DNA from: a virus
Length of the DNA: 59,351 bases
IMG/VR virus record: IMGVR_UViG_3300045988_070374
Reading direction: 5' to 3' (one strand)
Below are positions 45,980 through 55,909 of the stretch, piece after piece. The notes beneath the pieces were generated by a model. It saw nothing but the letters and a program-made list of their open reading frames with translations, did not search any database and had not been told where the DNA came from. Each line of letters starts with the position of its first letter. The first letter of the stretch is position 1. The translations under genes were made by a program, and so were the position numbers.

Positions 45980-46381
45980 TTAGTTTCGGTAAATCATTCC
46001 GTCCTCTCCGATTGTTGCCCCATAGCTGCAATCAATCCGATAGACGGAATTGTTGTACAGCCCATTCAACGGGGCAAACGATTTGCGATAAAATTTAAGC
46101 GGTTCAAGAACAGAATCCACGATTCCAACGATGGAACGTGCTTCTGCAATGCGTCCGGTGTTCTTATTGGAGTAGACCCGCACGCGCAGGGAAACAGCAG
46201 CGTACTTGCTGTGACCAGCAGAATCAATATGTACAGGCAAATTGTTGTTTTCCTCTATCTGCACACACGGAAACCTCTTAACAGGTCGGTCATCAATTTC
46301 GCTAGTGACTAAGATACCGGGCACTTGCTTTCGCAGTTCCTTGGCAACAGCCGTGTAGATAGAGTTGAAATAATCAATCAA
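45980..46381 (-). CDS. tail terminator/completion-like protein
   Basis: Position in siphovirus order; DRPVKRFPCVQIEENNN. Confidence 0.6.
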   Translation of the reverse strand: MIDYFNSIYTAVAKELRKQVPGILVTSEIDDRPVKRFPCVQIEENNNLPVHIDSAGHSKYAAVSLRVRVYSNKNTGRIAEARSIVGIVDSVLEPLKFYRKSFAPLNGLYNNSVYRIDCSYGATIGEDGMIYRN

Positions 46382-46920
46382 CTATTCCAAACCTCCCTCC
46401 ACGTTGCTTCGACCTGAGAAGCCATTTCCTCAACAGCTCCCCACATAGCCATAGCTGCATCATTACCACTGGTGTAGTTCAGCTGACCCTTGCCGTCTAC
46501 TTCCTTGACAGGCGTACCGGCATTGCCAGATTCACCGTAGTAGTACCAGCGCTTGTGCTTGCCGTTTTCTTTGCCGTATGTGCCATGTTCACCAATGTTA
46601 TCAGGCAAAGGGAGCGGGCCGACTGTTCCGGCAGCGCCCCAGCCCTGATGTATAACACCTGTGCCGAACTCAATGTGAGCAACCGCCTGCCCCTCCGCTA
46701 GGATGGTGCAAGAAGTGCCATTTTGGCTAACTTCGCACTTAACATCGTTTTTGCCAGCATATTGGGCATTGGCAAAACGGATTGTTGCAACAGCAAGACC
46801 TTTATCGGCAAGCGCTCTTGCAAACAATTGTGCTTTTTGGTTCAGGGTGGTCTTGTATTTGCGAATATCTTCCTTAGCCTGTTTAAGTCCGGCATCGCTC
46901 AACCTCACTTTAATTTTCAC
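46378..46920 (-). CDS. HK97 gp10-like head-tail joining protein
   Basis: LFARALADKGLAVATIRFANAQYAG ... AHIEFGTG; position. Confidence 0.65.
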   Translation of the reverse strand: MKIKVRLSDAGLKQAKEDIRKYKTTLNQKAQLFARALADKGLAVATIRFANAQYAGKNDVKCEVSQNGTSCTILAEGQAVAHIEFGTGVIHQGWGAAGTVGPLPLPDNIGEHGTYGKENGKHKRWYYYGESGNAGTPVKEVDGKGQLNYTSGNDAAMAMWGAVEEMASQVEATWREVWNS

Positions 46921-47287
46921 TTGCAGCCACCTCTTTCAGCGCATACTTCGTGTCGGTAATATGCTCTGCGACCTTGGCCACGATGTAATTGAAGGGCTTG
47001 GAAACGTCTGTCTGAAACCAGACGTGTGTGCCTTCATAAAGCGGTGTGTTGTGCTTCCTGCTAGACGAGCTGACAATGTAGCTGTAATCCGTGAACGCGC
47101 CGAAAGGGTTTGCTTCCGCAGAACCAGTAGGGGGGCTGACGTTCAGCATCAGCTTTGCGGGGTCGCTCCACGATTCGTATGCGGATTCGCCAGTCTCGTT
47201 TCCCCACTCGTCCACGACAGGCGTTTTCTTGCCAACTGGGTTTGAATACCACAGCGGGCGTTTATCCAGCGGGCTTCCATTGAACAT
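46910..47287 (-). CDS. head-tail connector/neck protein
   Basis: Position and size. Confidence 0.55.
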   Translation of the reverse strand: MFNGSPLDKRPLWYSNPVGKKTPVVDEWGNETGESAYESWSDPAKLMLNVSPPTGSAEANPFGAFTDYSYIVSSSSRKHNTPLYEGTHVWFQTDVSKPFNYIVAKVAEHITDTKYALKEVAASEN

Positions 47288-47631
47288 CAGCCGATAACAC
47301 CTACTCTCGGAACCACTTCATTTAGCAGGGACTGCGCCACATCGGAGCTTTCCCACACACGAGTGATACCATTGTTGGTATAGCTCGTCTGTCCGTTTGC
47401 GCCGATGTGGTTGTACAGTTCCGCTGCAATGCGTATCTGCAACGACTGATACTGCGAGGGCAGCTCTTCCGGTCTGTTGCCGAAAGGGTAGCCCTGTGCA
47501 AATATCTTGTCTTTGGCGAAATCAAGCAGCAGGTCGAAGAGTGGGTAGTCTTCGTCCGTGATTTCACGGTCAAGTGCAGGGGCGATGTATTGCCCCAGCT
47601 TGACTGCCGCTTCGGAATACTGGTCTCCCAT
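47287..47631 (-). CDS. head-tail connector protein
   Basis: Position; helical adaptor-like. Confidence 0.6.
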   Translation of the reverse strand: MGDQYSEAAVKLGQYIAPALDREITDEDYPLFDLLLDFAKDKIFAQGYPFGNRPEELPSQYQSLQIRIAAELYNHIGANGQTSYTNNGITRVWESSDVAQSLLNEVVPRVGVIG

Positions 47632-47651
47632 GCTGCTTTCCTCCTTTCGCC

Positions 47652-48728
47652 TTAGTAAGCCTTGATGCAGTACACAGCGTCCATGCGCTCAAAGGACGGC
47701 AGGACGATTTCAGAGACGTAGATGTTGGTGTTGACAGGATGCACGGTCTGCTCGGTGGTAACAGCAACGCCAGTGTTCACAACGGAAACCTGTGCGTTAG
47801 AGATGCCAGCCATCAGGTCGGCTTCCTCAGGGGTGGCAACATAGTACATATTGCCCAGAGAGCCAGAAGGAGCCAGAACGACATAACCATCAGGCAGATA
47901 CTTTTCGGCAGCAGCGGTTTCCTCCGGCTTGTACATCTTGTCGTACAGGTGAATGCGGATGCCAGATGCGCTTTCGACAACAGAACGTGCTTCGGAATCA
48001 ACCAGCACAGCGGTGGCGGTCTTCATAACCGTCAGGAACCGGTTCTTGATTTCATCCGCAGCAATCATCTTGTGGAAAGTGTTGGTGTTCATGTAGGCAT
48101 CGGTGATAATCTCACCAGTGTTTGCCAGCACGGTGTTTGCGGCAGTGGTCATCGTGGCGATGGGGGTTGCGGTGGTAGGAGCATCCCACTTCTCCTTGGT
48201 AGCCAGAGCCTTGTAATTGGACTGCTGCCAAGTGCCGTCAGGGTCGTAATCGTAGACGTAACTCACACCGTTGGATTCGATGGAGATGCCGGGCTTGCCA
48301 GTCTTAGGAGCCAGAAGCTGCCACACCATTCGCTCAGGCACAATGCGAGCCCCGGTAATAAGCTGTGCGGTATCATCGTAGACACGATTGATAACGTCTG
48401 CCGCAAACTCCTGATTGGTAGCCAGAACAGAGATAATCTTGCGGCGGTCTTCCTCGTCAATGTGAGTGCCCTCACGGAAGAACGGCATACTGGTCTCGGT
48501 CATCTTGATGCCCTGACGAGTACGGAACGTAGCCTTAGTGTCGAACACGCTAGGCTTCAGCGAAACGCCAACGCCCTTGTGACCACGCAGCCACTTCAGT
48601 TCCATGCTGACCTTCTTACGGGCAGGGAACAGAGCATCAGAAGCATAGGGCTGCGCATTGGTCGGGTCATTCGTCCAGTAGGCGGCAATCGCAGCAGGGG
48701 AGAAGATTTCATTCAGATTCAGTGCCAT
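47652..48728 (-). CDS. major capsid protein
   Basis: 358 aa; MALNLNEIFSPAAIAAYWTNDPTNAQPYASDALFPARKK; phage major capsid protein E pattern. Confidence 0.88.
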   Translation of the reverse strand: MALNLNEIFSPAAIAAYWTNDPTNAQPYASDALFPARKKVSMELKWLRGHKGVGVSLKPSVFDTKATFRTRQGIKMTETSMPFFREGTHIDEEDRRKIISVLATNQEFAADVINRVYDDTAQLITGARIVPERMVWQLLAPKTGKPGISIESNGVSYVYDYDPDGTWQQSNYKALATKEKWDAPTTATPIATMTTAANTVLANTGEIITDAYMNTNTFHKMIAADEIKNRFLTVMKTATAVLVDSEARSVVESASGIRIHLYDKMYKPEETAAAEKYLPDGYVVLAPSGSLGNMYYVATPEEADLMAGISNAQVSVVNTGVAVTTEQTVHPVNTNIYVSEIVLPSFERMDAVYCIKAY

Positions 48729-48741
48729 AATTTAGTCCTCC

Positions 48742-49116
48742 TTACTCGCTCTTTGCGCCAACATCGGTACGGCAGAAAACGGCGGGAACAGCCTTTTTCA
48801 GAGCGGCAATATCGTTTGCAGAATAGGTAAAGCCAGACAGCTTTGCCTTGTCCACATCAATAACGCCCTGAATCAGCAGTGCGCCATTGGGGTTGACGGC
48901 AGGGTCAACAGTGTGCAGCAGAATGCCAATGGCATCGGTAGCCGCATCGGTAGCGCTGGTGCCAGTAGTGGCAGCAGCTTTCAGACCAGTCTTTGCCATA
49001 GGATAACCAGCTGGAACAGCATTGGTTTCCTTGACGGTAAAGGGAATGGCAACGTAGGTATCAGCAGCCAGAATAGTGCTTTCAGGAGCCGATACCGGAG
49101 TATTGGTGTACTTCAT
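48742..49116 (-). CDS. head decoration/stabilisation protein candidate
   Basis: 124 aa; position next to capsid. Confidence 0.6.
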   Translation of the reverse strand: MKYTNTPVSAPESTILAADTYVAIPFTVKETNAVPAGYPMAKTGLKAAATTGTSATDAATDAIGILLHTVDPAVNPNGALLIQGVIDVDKAKLSGFTYSANDIAALKKAVPAVFCRTDVGAKSE

Positions 49117-49126
49117 GTTTTCCTCC

Positions 49127-49756
49127 TTAATGGAAAGCAGTCATTGCGTCACTCGATGCCTTGTTTGCGTCTGCGCGTTCCTTCGCAAAGCGTTTGGCAA
49201 AAGAAACACCTGCGCTATCTGCGCCGTCACCATTGCCATCCGCACCCGGAGGTGTGGGCATATCCTTCAGCAGAGAAGCCTTGTATGCGGTGTCGTGGGC
49301 AGTCATAAACTCCGACTGGAACTTAAACACCTTGTCCATGTCACCGTCAGCCAGTGCAGATGCAGCCTTGTTGGCAAGTTCAGCGTCATAACCATGTGCA
49401 ACGAACTTCTCACGGTAAGATGAAAGGGTCTTTTCCTTGACAAGGTTCTCCTTGTCGGCGGTCAGGGCTTCAATCTGCTTCTGCATCTCTGCCAGCTTGT
49501 CAGCCTGTTCCTGTGCGGCGTTCTCGTCATCGGTACGCTTTGCCTTGAGCTGCTTCTTGTACTCAGCAGCTTCGCCATTGGCTTTCGTCACGGCGTTGCG
49601 CAGTTTCTCGACCTCTGCACTAGGATCTGCGACCTTTTCAAGCGCAGAAATGATTTCATCGGCGGTCATGCCCTCTTTGTAGGCATCACCAAGCAACACA
49701 TTAAGTTTCATATCGTTAATTTCCTCCTGCGTTTTTTTACCGTTGCTTCCCTGCAA
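49127..49756 (-). CDS. scaffolding protein
   Basis: Coiled coil AEVEKLRNAVTKANGEAAEYKKQLKAKRTDDENAAQEQADKLAEMQKQIE; position. Confidence 0.75.
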   Translation of the reverse strand: MQGSNGKKTQEEINDMKLNVLLGDAYKEGMTADEIISALEKVADPSAEVEKLRNAVTKANGEAAEYKKQLKAKRTDDENAAQEQADKLAEMQKQIEALTADKENLVKEKTLSSYREKFVAHGYDAELANKAASALADGDMDKVFKFQSEFMTAHDTAYKASLLKDMPTPPGADGNGDGADSAGVSFAKRFAKERADANKASSDAMTAFH

Positions 49757-49822
49757 CGCTGCGAAATTTGTATCCCGGCTTCCCTGCCGGAATATATCAG
49801 CCCGAAAATTCGGGGTGATTCT

Positions 49823-50071
49823 TTACTCCTTTGGGTAAATTCTTTTGTACGGCTCAATGCCACTATCCAAAATAGATTTTTCTCGCGCCGAATTTCGGTC
49901 AGGGTGTGTCCATTTGAATTTCCCGCATTTCGTGCAGATATACTCGCACTCCATTTCTCGTGGTTCGTTTCCGTTGATGCCGTGCGTCCAATGCCAACGA
50001 GAAAGCGTATAATCATGTTTGCAAAACAACTGTTTCCAAAAATCACGCATTATCTTTTTCTCCATCCGCAT
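49823..50071 (-). CDS. zinc-binding hypothetical protein
   Basis: CEYICTKCGKFKWTHPD; WHWTHGINGNEPREMECEYI. Confidence 0.55.
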   Translation of the reverse strand: MRMEKKIMRDFWKQLFCKHDYTLSRWHWTHGINGNEPREMECEYICTKCGKFKWTHPDRNSAREKSILDSGIEPYKRIYPKE

Positions 50072-51599
50072 TGTTTGGCTGTTTATCAGTCATATTCTCG
50101 ACATTTATGCCGGTAACATTCTGTTCAGGCTGTTCCTGCGGCTTCGGTGCTTTCCCGTCCTCGCCCAGCTTACCAGCGGCAATCAGGAAAGGTTTGCTCA
50201 TTTCGTAAGCAGCCTGCGGGTCGGGGAACAGACCGGGCGTAGTGAACGCCAACTGCGGGTCAATGCTCTGACTGAGCATCTGTGCAAAAATCTGAACCTT
50301 GCTCTGCTGGTTGTCGTACTGACGGCGGGGAAGTTTGATGTTGATGTCACTTGCCATCAGCTTAGAACCAGCCGTGTCACGCAGGATTTTCAGCATCACA
50401 GACAGGCTCTGCCGTTCAGCGTACTTGAACATATTCTCGTACTGCTGTGCCCTTGCTTCGGTGTGATTCCATCCGTTACGGACGATAACTGCGCCCACGT
50501 TGTCGGACGTTGCGTTCTCGCTGCCAGTGGCACTAGGCATGGCGGTCAGACTGCGGTACACGTTCAGCATGGAATCAAGCAGGGTCTGGCTCTGCTGCTG
50601 GTCAAGTTCGTTTGCAATCTGCGATACAGAAGCGGGCAGACCAGAAGTGGATTTCAGGCACATTGCGCCAAGTTCCTTCACTTGGTCAAGCGCATCCTTG
50701 TCCACAAGGCAGTTGGTAAACACCATGATGGACTGGATGAACTGCGCCACGCCGTCCAAACGGTTGCTTTCAAGGTCGTTGATGGCATCCAGCACAGGGA
50801 TTGCAGGTTCAAACAGACCCATACGCTCCGGGTTCAGCTTGTATTCGACCATCGGCAACATTCCAAGAGAGTGATTCTCGGACTTTGTAACCTTGCCGTT
50901 GTCGATTTCAAAGTACTGGTTTGGCGTATACACGCAAATCAGGTCGTTCAGGTCATTCTGATAATTGCGCGGGATGTGCAGCACGTTGGCAATGGGCTTG
51001 TGACCAATGCCGGAGTTGTAAATCACATACGCCATATCCGGGTCGGGAACGTCAACCAGCAGGGGTGTTTCGTCCGGGTAGTTGCCGTTGTACCCCTTGT
51101 CAGGAAGAACAATGCGGTATCCCTGTCCGCATTCCAACATCCACTGCCAGAGCCGCCGATCAAGTGCATCCTTGCCCTCATACTGCAAGGCATTGGACAG
51201 GCGGGCGATTTCCTCACCGTCACCTATTGCCGTTTCAGACCGCACATAAGAGCAAGGAGTGCCGCTCATGTAGCCTGTGTAGAAGCCCACGCACTCGTTG
51301 GCGTGGTTCTCCACAATGCGGTTGGTGATTTCAGCGTGGTACTCCTTCGTGCGGTGGAGGACAGGCTGGCTACCCAAGTAGTAGTTGTGTAGAAAGCGAA
51401 TCTCGTTCTTGTTCAGCAGATGAATAGGCTCTGCCTTGCCCATGACCACTTTCAGCACGTTTGCTTGATTGATTTCCGTCTCCGGCGTTTCAATCGGTCT
51501 GCGTCCGGTCAGTGGATTATTCAAAAAGCCGTCAACAACTATCTGATACTCAGCCATGTGTTCCTCCTTTCCGGCAAAATAAAAAGCGCAGCAAGACAA
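50043..51599 (-). CDS. phage portal protein
   Basis: 518 aa; RIVENHANECVGFYTGYMSGTPCSYV ... YKLNPERMGLFEPAIPVLDAINDLESNRLDG (SPP1/gp6-type). Confidence 0.92.
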   Translation of the reverse strand: MSCCAFYFAGKEEHMAEYQIVVDGFLNNPLTGRRPIETPETEINQANVLKVVMGKAEPIHLLNKNEIRFLHNYYLGSQPVLHRTKEYHAEITNRIVENHANECVGFYTGYMSGTPCSYVRSETAIGDGEEIARLSNALQYEGKDALDRRLWQWMLECGQGYRIVLPDKGYNGNYPDETPLLVDVPDPDMAYVIYNSGIGHKPIANVLHIPRNYQNDLNDLICVYTPNQYFEIDNGKVTKSENHSLGMLPMVEYKLNPERMGLFEPAIPVLDAINDLESNRLDGVAQFIQSIMVFTNCLVDKDALDQVKELGAMCLKSTSGLPASVSQIANELDQQQSQTLLDSMLNVYRSLTAMPSATGSENATSDNVGAVIVRNGWNHTEARAQQYENMFKYAERQSLSVMLKILRDTAGSKLMASDINIKLPRRQYDNQQSKVQIFAQMLSQSIDPQLAFTTPGLFPDPQAAYEMSKPFLIAAGKLGEDGKAPKPQEQPEQNVTGINVENMTDKQPNNADGEKDNA

Positions 51600-51649
51600 A
51601 CCTGTTAAGGCCTATCTCACTGCGCTTACAACTGCGCTTCAAAAGCTAT

Positions 51650-51838
51650 TCAGTTTTTAAACTTTGGTACGGAGACCCATGTATCTTTTGGAAGGTTGGA
51701 ATCTCCAATTGTAATCCAATGGCAAAGAGGGCACAGAAGGGAGAACTTGCCTTCCACTTCGCCAAGATAACGTCCGCAATCACACGGATTGCCGTTTGCG
51801 TCTTTTCGAGGACGCTTGCATCTGACTTTTGCTACCAT
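51650..51838 (-). CDS. Com-like small zinc-finger protein
   Basis: VRCKRPRKDANGNPCDCGRYLGEVEGKFSLLCPLCHWITIGD. Confidence 0.55.
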   Translation of the reverse strand: MVAKVRCKRPRKDANGNPCDCGRYLGEVEGKFSLLCPLCHWITIGDSNLPKDTWVSVPKFKN

Positions 51839-52006
51839 CTGTGCTCCTTTCGTTGGATTTCTGGAAACAGGCTGTTGAGCACAGACCTGTCAGAAGCTGC
51901 CGGGAAACTGTTCGCACTTCCAGCCGTGCTATTCTTCGCCCGAAGAAAACCATTGCAGCCTTTACATTCAGTTGTTGGACAGACATAAACGGGTAAGCTG
52001 CAATTT

Positions 52007-52084
52007 TGGTGCTGCATAATGGATTTGAACCAATGTATGTCCGGTTATGAGCCGGGTGCTCTAGCCTGACTGAGCTAATGCAAC
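52007..52084 (-). tRNA. tRNA-Met (anticodon CAT), encoded CCA
   Basis: Minus strand GTTGCAT-TA-GCTC-AGTCAGGCTA-GAGC-A-CCCGG-CTCATAA-CCGGA-...-TTCAAAT-...-ATGCAGC-A-CCA; one mismatch each in anticodon and T stems. Confidence 0.85.
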
Positions 52085-52211
52085 ATAGAAACCCGGCTTG
52101 ATTGGTTAACCGCTGCTCTTTGCAATATCATGCCTAAAAATTACATTGAGAGCCGGGAATAGCGGTGGAGGTTTTGGAGAATAAAGCCATGCAAAGCTAG
52201 GTAGTTGGTTG

Positions 52212-52291
52212 TGCTGCGTAACGGAATCGAACTGTTGCTTGCCAGCCGTGGGGGAGACAGACTGGCATTCCCCTTACAATTGAAAACGCAA
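52212..52291 (-). ncRNA. tRNA-like element, atypical anticodon arm
   Basis: Acceptor GTTGCGT/ACGCAGC, short D stem TTC/GAA, T arm AACAG-TTCGATT-CCGTT; GCCAG/CTGGC stem encloses 16 nt, which can form CTGT/ACGG with loop CTCCCCC. Confidence 0.5.
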
Positions 52292-52506
52292 CATATAAAG
52301 CCCGGTGAAGGCGAAAGAGTGAGAAAACCTCCACCGGTGAAAGGAGGAATATGCTTGTTGACGCGCACGCGAGTAAAATGACAAAACCCCGCGTGCAAGC
52401 TATTCCTTTAAGGGAAGCTGCAAAACTTCCTGCGTACATTATAAGCCTTGTCAAGTGGTGAAATCAAATAAATAGACCCAGCGAACACAATATATTGTGT
52501 TTTTAA

Positions 52507-54228
52507 TCAAAAAGGCCTCTTGACAGGCTCAATTTTGCTGATTCCGTTGTACAGTTCATCGGCAAGCTGTGCCAGACTGTCCGGTGCATCATCGTGCGGA
52601 ACTTTGCCAAGCTGCGTGAACATCGTCACCTGTTCCATAAATGCCTTGTACTCTTTCGACTGGTGCTTCTCGTCAAGGAAATAGAATCGTTTGATGTCCG
52701 GCGCATACTGGATGATTCTTGACAGCTTGCTTTGACCGCTGGGCGCACGTTGGCTGCGAACAGAGCAGTGATAGCCTTGCTGCCGAAGCTGGCTGTCTAC
52801 CACGTCACAATATTCGTCACCGCCGTTGTTGGCTTCGCCGCGCACCACATTGATTTTGTGCTGGATGATTTTGCCCACGACTTCCGGCCTAGTCACAGTC
52901 TTATCGCCGTTATTGAACACAAGGTCTGGGATGAACACAGCATCTCCGTACACATAAGCGATAGGACAGGCCGTGAAGTCACCGCCGCCCCATGCAATAT
53001 CCATGACCATGAGCTTGCGATCAGGCTCCCCATCAGGCAGAACACCGTTGAAATACCGCAGTTCATCGGCAGGGAATAGCAGTCCTTCACGCACATAGGG
53101 CTTACCCATGTACTTTGCCCACCATGTTGCGTCATCAATGCTGGCTTTCATATCAGCATAGTAGGCATCGTCAAAGCCAACGCCATAGTCATAATTGAAG
53201 TTGCTGTGTCCGTTCTCATCCACCGCAGGAATCACCCGGAATCTGTACTTTGGGTTGTCTGCATACTGGTTCTGGATGCGCCCCAGAGGGTCAAGCACGT
53301 TCCAACGTGTACCGACCATCAGTTCCAATGCGCCTTGCTTTTTACGGTCTTTCAACTGGTTCAGATAGGCATCGTACTTGTTGTTCAGGCGCTCAACATT
53401 CAGGCTTTCCTCTAAGTCCTCGATCAAGTCATCGCTGTACAGAACGCCGCCCTCGCCGATTTCAACAGCACCAGTCAACGTACCGCCAATGGAACGACAA
53501 GTCAGGGTGGGGAAGCGTTTCTTTCGGTTCAGATCAACACTTTCATCCTTTGCACTTTTGTCCACAAGCTGAACGTCAGGGAAGATTTTGCCCCAGTTGT
53601 AGGTCACAGGGTCGGTGATGATGGACAGCACTTCGCCGTAGAAGCCATTGGTCAGCTTGTCGGAATGTCCGCTCATAACCGATGCAACGTCAGGTCGGTT
53701 GCCCATCAGCCATGTGATGAAAAATATACAGAGCGTCGATTTTCCTACGCGAGCGGGCAAGCTAACTCCCAAGAAGTCAATCCGCTTATAAAACAAGTCC
53801 TCAAGGTCATATGCCAGCACTTTCAGAACCCTGCGTCTAGGCTGATAGAACTTCTTCTCCGGCGCACGGTTCCATTCGAGGTAGATGCAATAGCTGTCGA
53901 ACACATCTTTTGCTTCAAACAAGTACGTCCGGCCGATAATGTCATAGACCTTTGCCACGTCCTCGCCTGTTTTCATCTTGCCCATCATGGCTGCACAGAC
54001 AGAGCGCAGCTCACCAGAGTATTTGTAGGCATCGAACCGCTTGTCTTGCGGCAAAGCGTCTCTAAGGTTCACCACCGCCTGAAACCAGTCCTCATAGACC
54101 TGTGCTTCGGTCGGGTTCTGTTTTGCATACGCTTTGATGCTGTCGATGATGGCGATACACTGCTTTGGCTGCATAAAAAAATAGGCACCCCCTACCTGAA
54201 AATGTAAAGAGTGCCTACAACTGCACAA
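52507..54228 (-). CDS. terL: terminase large subunit
   Basis: FLGVSLPARVGKSTLCIFFITWLMGNRPD; GGVLYSDDLIED; KLMVMDIAWGGGDFTACPIAY nuclease motif; DDAPDSLAQL. Confidence 0.95.
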   Translation of the reverse strand: MCSCRHSLHFQVGGAYFFMQPKQCIAIIDSIKAYAKQNPTEAQVYEDWFQAVVNLRDALPQDKRFDAYKYSGELRSVCAAMMGKMKTGEDVAKVYDIIGRTYLFEAKDVFDSYCIYLEWNRAPEKKFYQPRRRVLKVLAYDLEDLFYKRIDFLGVSLPARVGKSTLCIFFITWLMGNRPDVASVMSGHSDKLTNGFYGEVLSIITDPVTYNWGKIFPDVQLVDKSAKDESVDLNRKKRFPTLTCRSIGGTLTGAVEIGEGGVLYSDDLIEDLEESLNVERLNNKYDAYLNQLKDRKKQGALELMVGTRWNVLDPLGRIQNQYADNPKYRFRVIPAVDENGHSNFNYDYGVGFDDAYYADMKASIDDATWWAKYMGKPYVREGLLFPADELRYFNGVLPDGEPDRKLMVMDIAWGGGDFTACPIAYVYGDAVFIPDLVFNNGDKTVTRPEVVGKIIQHKINVVRGEANNGGDEYCDVVDSQLRQQGYHCSVRSQRAPSGQSKLSRIIQYAPDIKRFYFLDEKHQSKEYKAFMEQVTMFTQLGKVPHDDAPDSLAQLADELYNGISKIEPVKRPF

Positions 54229-54307
54229 AAATCAAATATTCGGTTTTTATAATACTGTTTCGGAAGATTGTTTGCTAAAATTCGTTTTAACGGATAGAAT
54301 GTGCGGT

Positions 54308-54520
54308 TTATTTGACTTCTTCTGCAAGCTGGTTGAGCCTGCGCTTCAATTCATCCGCATCGTAGTACAAGGCGTCTGCGATGGCATTGAGGATATCGGG
54401 CTTGTCGGTGTAATCGCACAACGTTTCAATTAGTTTCAAGCTCTGCTCTGACAATTTTACGGTTTTCATGTCACTTTTCCTTTCTCGTTCGGTTTTATTC
54501 TGGGTTGCGAACAATGTCAA
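54308..54520 (-). CDS. small hypothetical protein (RHH-like possible)
   Basis: MKTVKLSEQSLKLIETLCDYTDKPDILNAIADAL from an internal start. Confidence 0.5.
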   Translation of the reverse strand: MTLFATQNKTERERKSDMKTVKLSEQSLKLIETLCDYTDKPDILNAIADALYYDADELKRRLNQLAEEVK

Positions 54521-54927
54521 CTGAAAACGCCAGCTAGTACAATGCTAATCAACCCTGCGACAACGCTTGTAAGAACGCCGCAAGCAAATCCTATCCCGCG
54601 TTCTTTCCACTGTTCAATCTTTTCCAGCTTGTGGATTTTCTTATAGTTCCTTGCACGTTCCAACAGCCAGAATGCTGTGTGCTGCGTGTCGCCCCAGCGT
54701 ATCAACCCATCGTTGGCAAGGGATTCAAGAACGAACTGTGCCGTGAAGTCCAGTTTGTCTTGCAGGGCTTTTACAGAATAGAAGCCATTCGGCAGGTCTG
54801 GTTCATAGGTGTTCAACGTGTCGATCAGGCGCTTCATGTTGTCACTAAGTATCACAGAACGCACCTCGCAACCACAACTACGATGAAGAACCCGGTAAGC
54901 AGCCCAACGACTGCCCCCGCAAGCCAA
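54517..54927 (-). CDS. hypothetical protein with winged-helix-like segment and C-terminal TM
   Basis: MKRLIDTLNTYEPDLPNGFYSVKALQDKLDFTAQFVLESLANDGLIRW ... FACGVLTSVVAGLISIVLAG. Confidence 0.55.
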   Translation of the reverse strand: MACGGSRWAAYRVLHRSCGCEVRSVILSDNMKRLIDTLNTYEPDLPNGFYSVKALQDKLDFTAQFVLESLANDGLIRWGDTQHTAFWLLERARNYKKIHKLEKIEQWKERGIGFACGVLTSVVAGLISIVLAGVFS

Positions 54928-54974
54928 TCATACGAGTTTCTGTTGTTCCACTTATCCATAGGCTCTTGCTCCTT

Positions 54975-55550
54975 TCACCTGTTCTGTTTAGCAATCCGAT
55001 ACCATGTCTGGCGGGTCACACCAAGCTGTTTGGCAGCGTCCGTGACCGTGAGAATGCGCTTCTCCACCTGTTCGTGAAGAACGTCAAAGAGGTTGCGGTC
55101 ATACTCGGTGGGTTTGCGGCCTTCCTTGTAATCAGGGCGCTGGCTGGCAATTTTCTTACCCTCTCTGGTGCGTTCAACAATCATGTCACGCTCAAACTGG
55201 GCAAACACAAGGAACATACCTCTCATAGCCCTACTAGCAGGGGTGTTGTCCATCACGCCAAGATTCAGCACGTTCACCCGGATTCCTTTTTCAATCCACG
55301 AATCAATCAGTTCATACCCACCAACAAGGCTTCTGGCAACACGATCTAGCTTTGTCACAACGATTGTATCGCCGCTCTGGACTTCCGCTTCCAGCTTGTC
55401 CAGTTCCTTGCGTTCCATTTTAGTGCCGGTATAGACCTCTTTGAAAATCTTAGTTGCACCAGCGGCCTTGAGAGCTTCTTCCTGCGATTCAAGGCTGTTG
55501 CCGTCAATCGCTTGACCAGCGGAACTGACACGAGCGTAACCATAAATCAT
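54975..55550 (-). CDS. small serine recombinase (resolvase/invertase family)
   Basis: [25 protein letters not shown]; [12 protein letters not shown]; [22 protein letters not shown]; C-terminal HTH. Confidence 0.95.
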   Translation of the reverse strand: MIYGYARVSSAGQAIDGNSLESQEEALKAAGATKIFKEVYTGTKMERKELDKLEAEVQSGDTIVVTKLDRVARSLVGGYELIDSWIEKGIRVNVLNLGVMDNTPASRAMRGMFLVFAQFERDMIVERTREGKKIASQRPDYKEGRKPTEYDRNLFDVLHEQVEKRILTVTDAAKQLGVTRQTWYRIAKQNR

Positions 55551-55822
55551 TCAGGTTCACCGTCCTTTTCCTCTACTACCTCATAGCAGCCAGCACGAGT
55601 AAGTTTCCCATTTGCAGGTTCTACGACCAGTCTGTACCCGAAAACCTCAAGAATTTGAACCATTGTGGATAATTTCATATCATCAGCGAGGACACGAGAA
55701 GATGCGCTGGAAATGGTTTTGTAGTCAAGCTTTTCTCGGAGATATTCGTATGTTTTATGCTGATTCTTCATTATGTCACGAAGAATTTCGCTTGAGTTCA
55801 CCTTGTTATTCGTTGCAGCCAT
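55547..55822 (-). CDS. HTH-like regulator upstream of and overlapping the recombinase gene
   Basis: [67 protein letters not shown] from an internal start; start approximate. Confidence 0.55.
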   Translation of the reverse strand: MAATNNKVNSSEILRDIMKNQHKTYEYLREKLDYKTISSASSRVLADDMKLSTMVQILEVFGYRLVVEPANGKLTRAGCYEVVEEKDGEPE

Positions 55823-55909
55823 TTTTTCGTTCCTCTCTTTCTTTAATGCCAGTATACGCTTTCTAGCGTAAATTGTCAAGAGTTTTCTCAATTTTACTAT
55901 CACCAAGTC

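Noticed and set aside
47739-48830. 363-aa plus-strand ORF antisense to the major capsid gene
   Set aside because: Opposite-strand shadow ORF of a high-quality capsid CDS.
50019-51392. 457-aa plus-strand ORF antisense to portal
   Set aside because: Shadow ORF; the portal protein on the minus strand is convincing.
54975-55550. Serine recombinase as a phage integrase
   Set aside because: At about 190 aa it lacks the large C-terminal domain of serine integrases; resolvase/invertase is more likely, though integration cannot be formally excluded.
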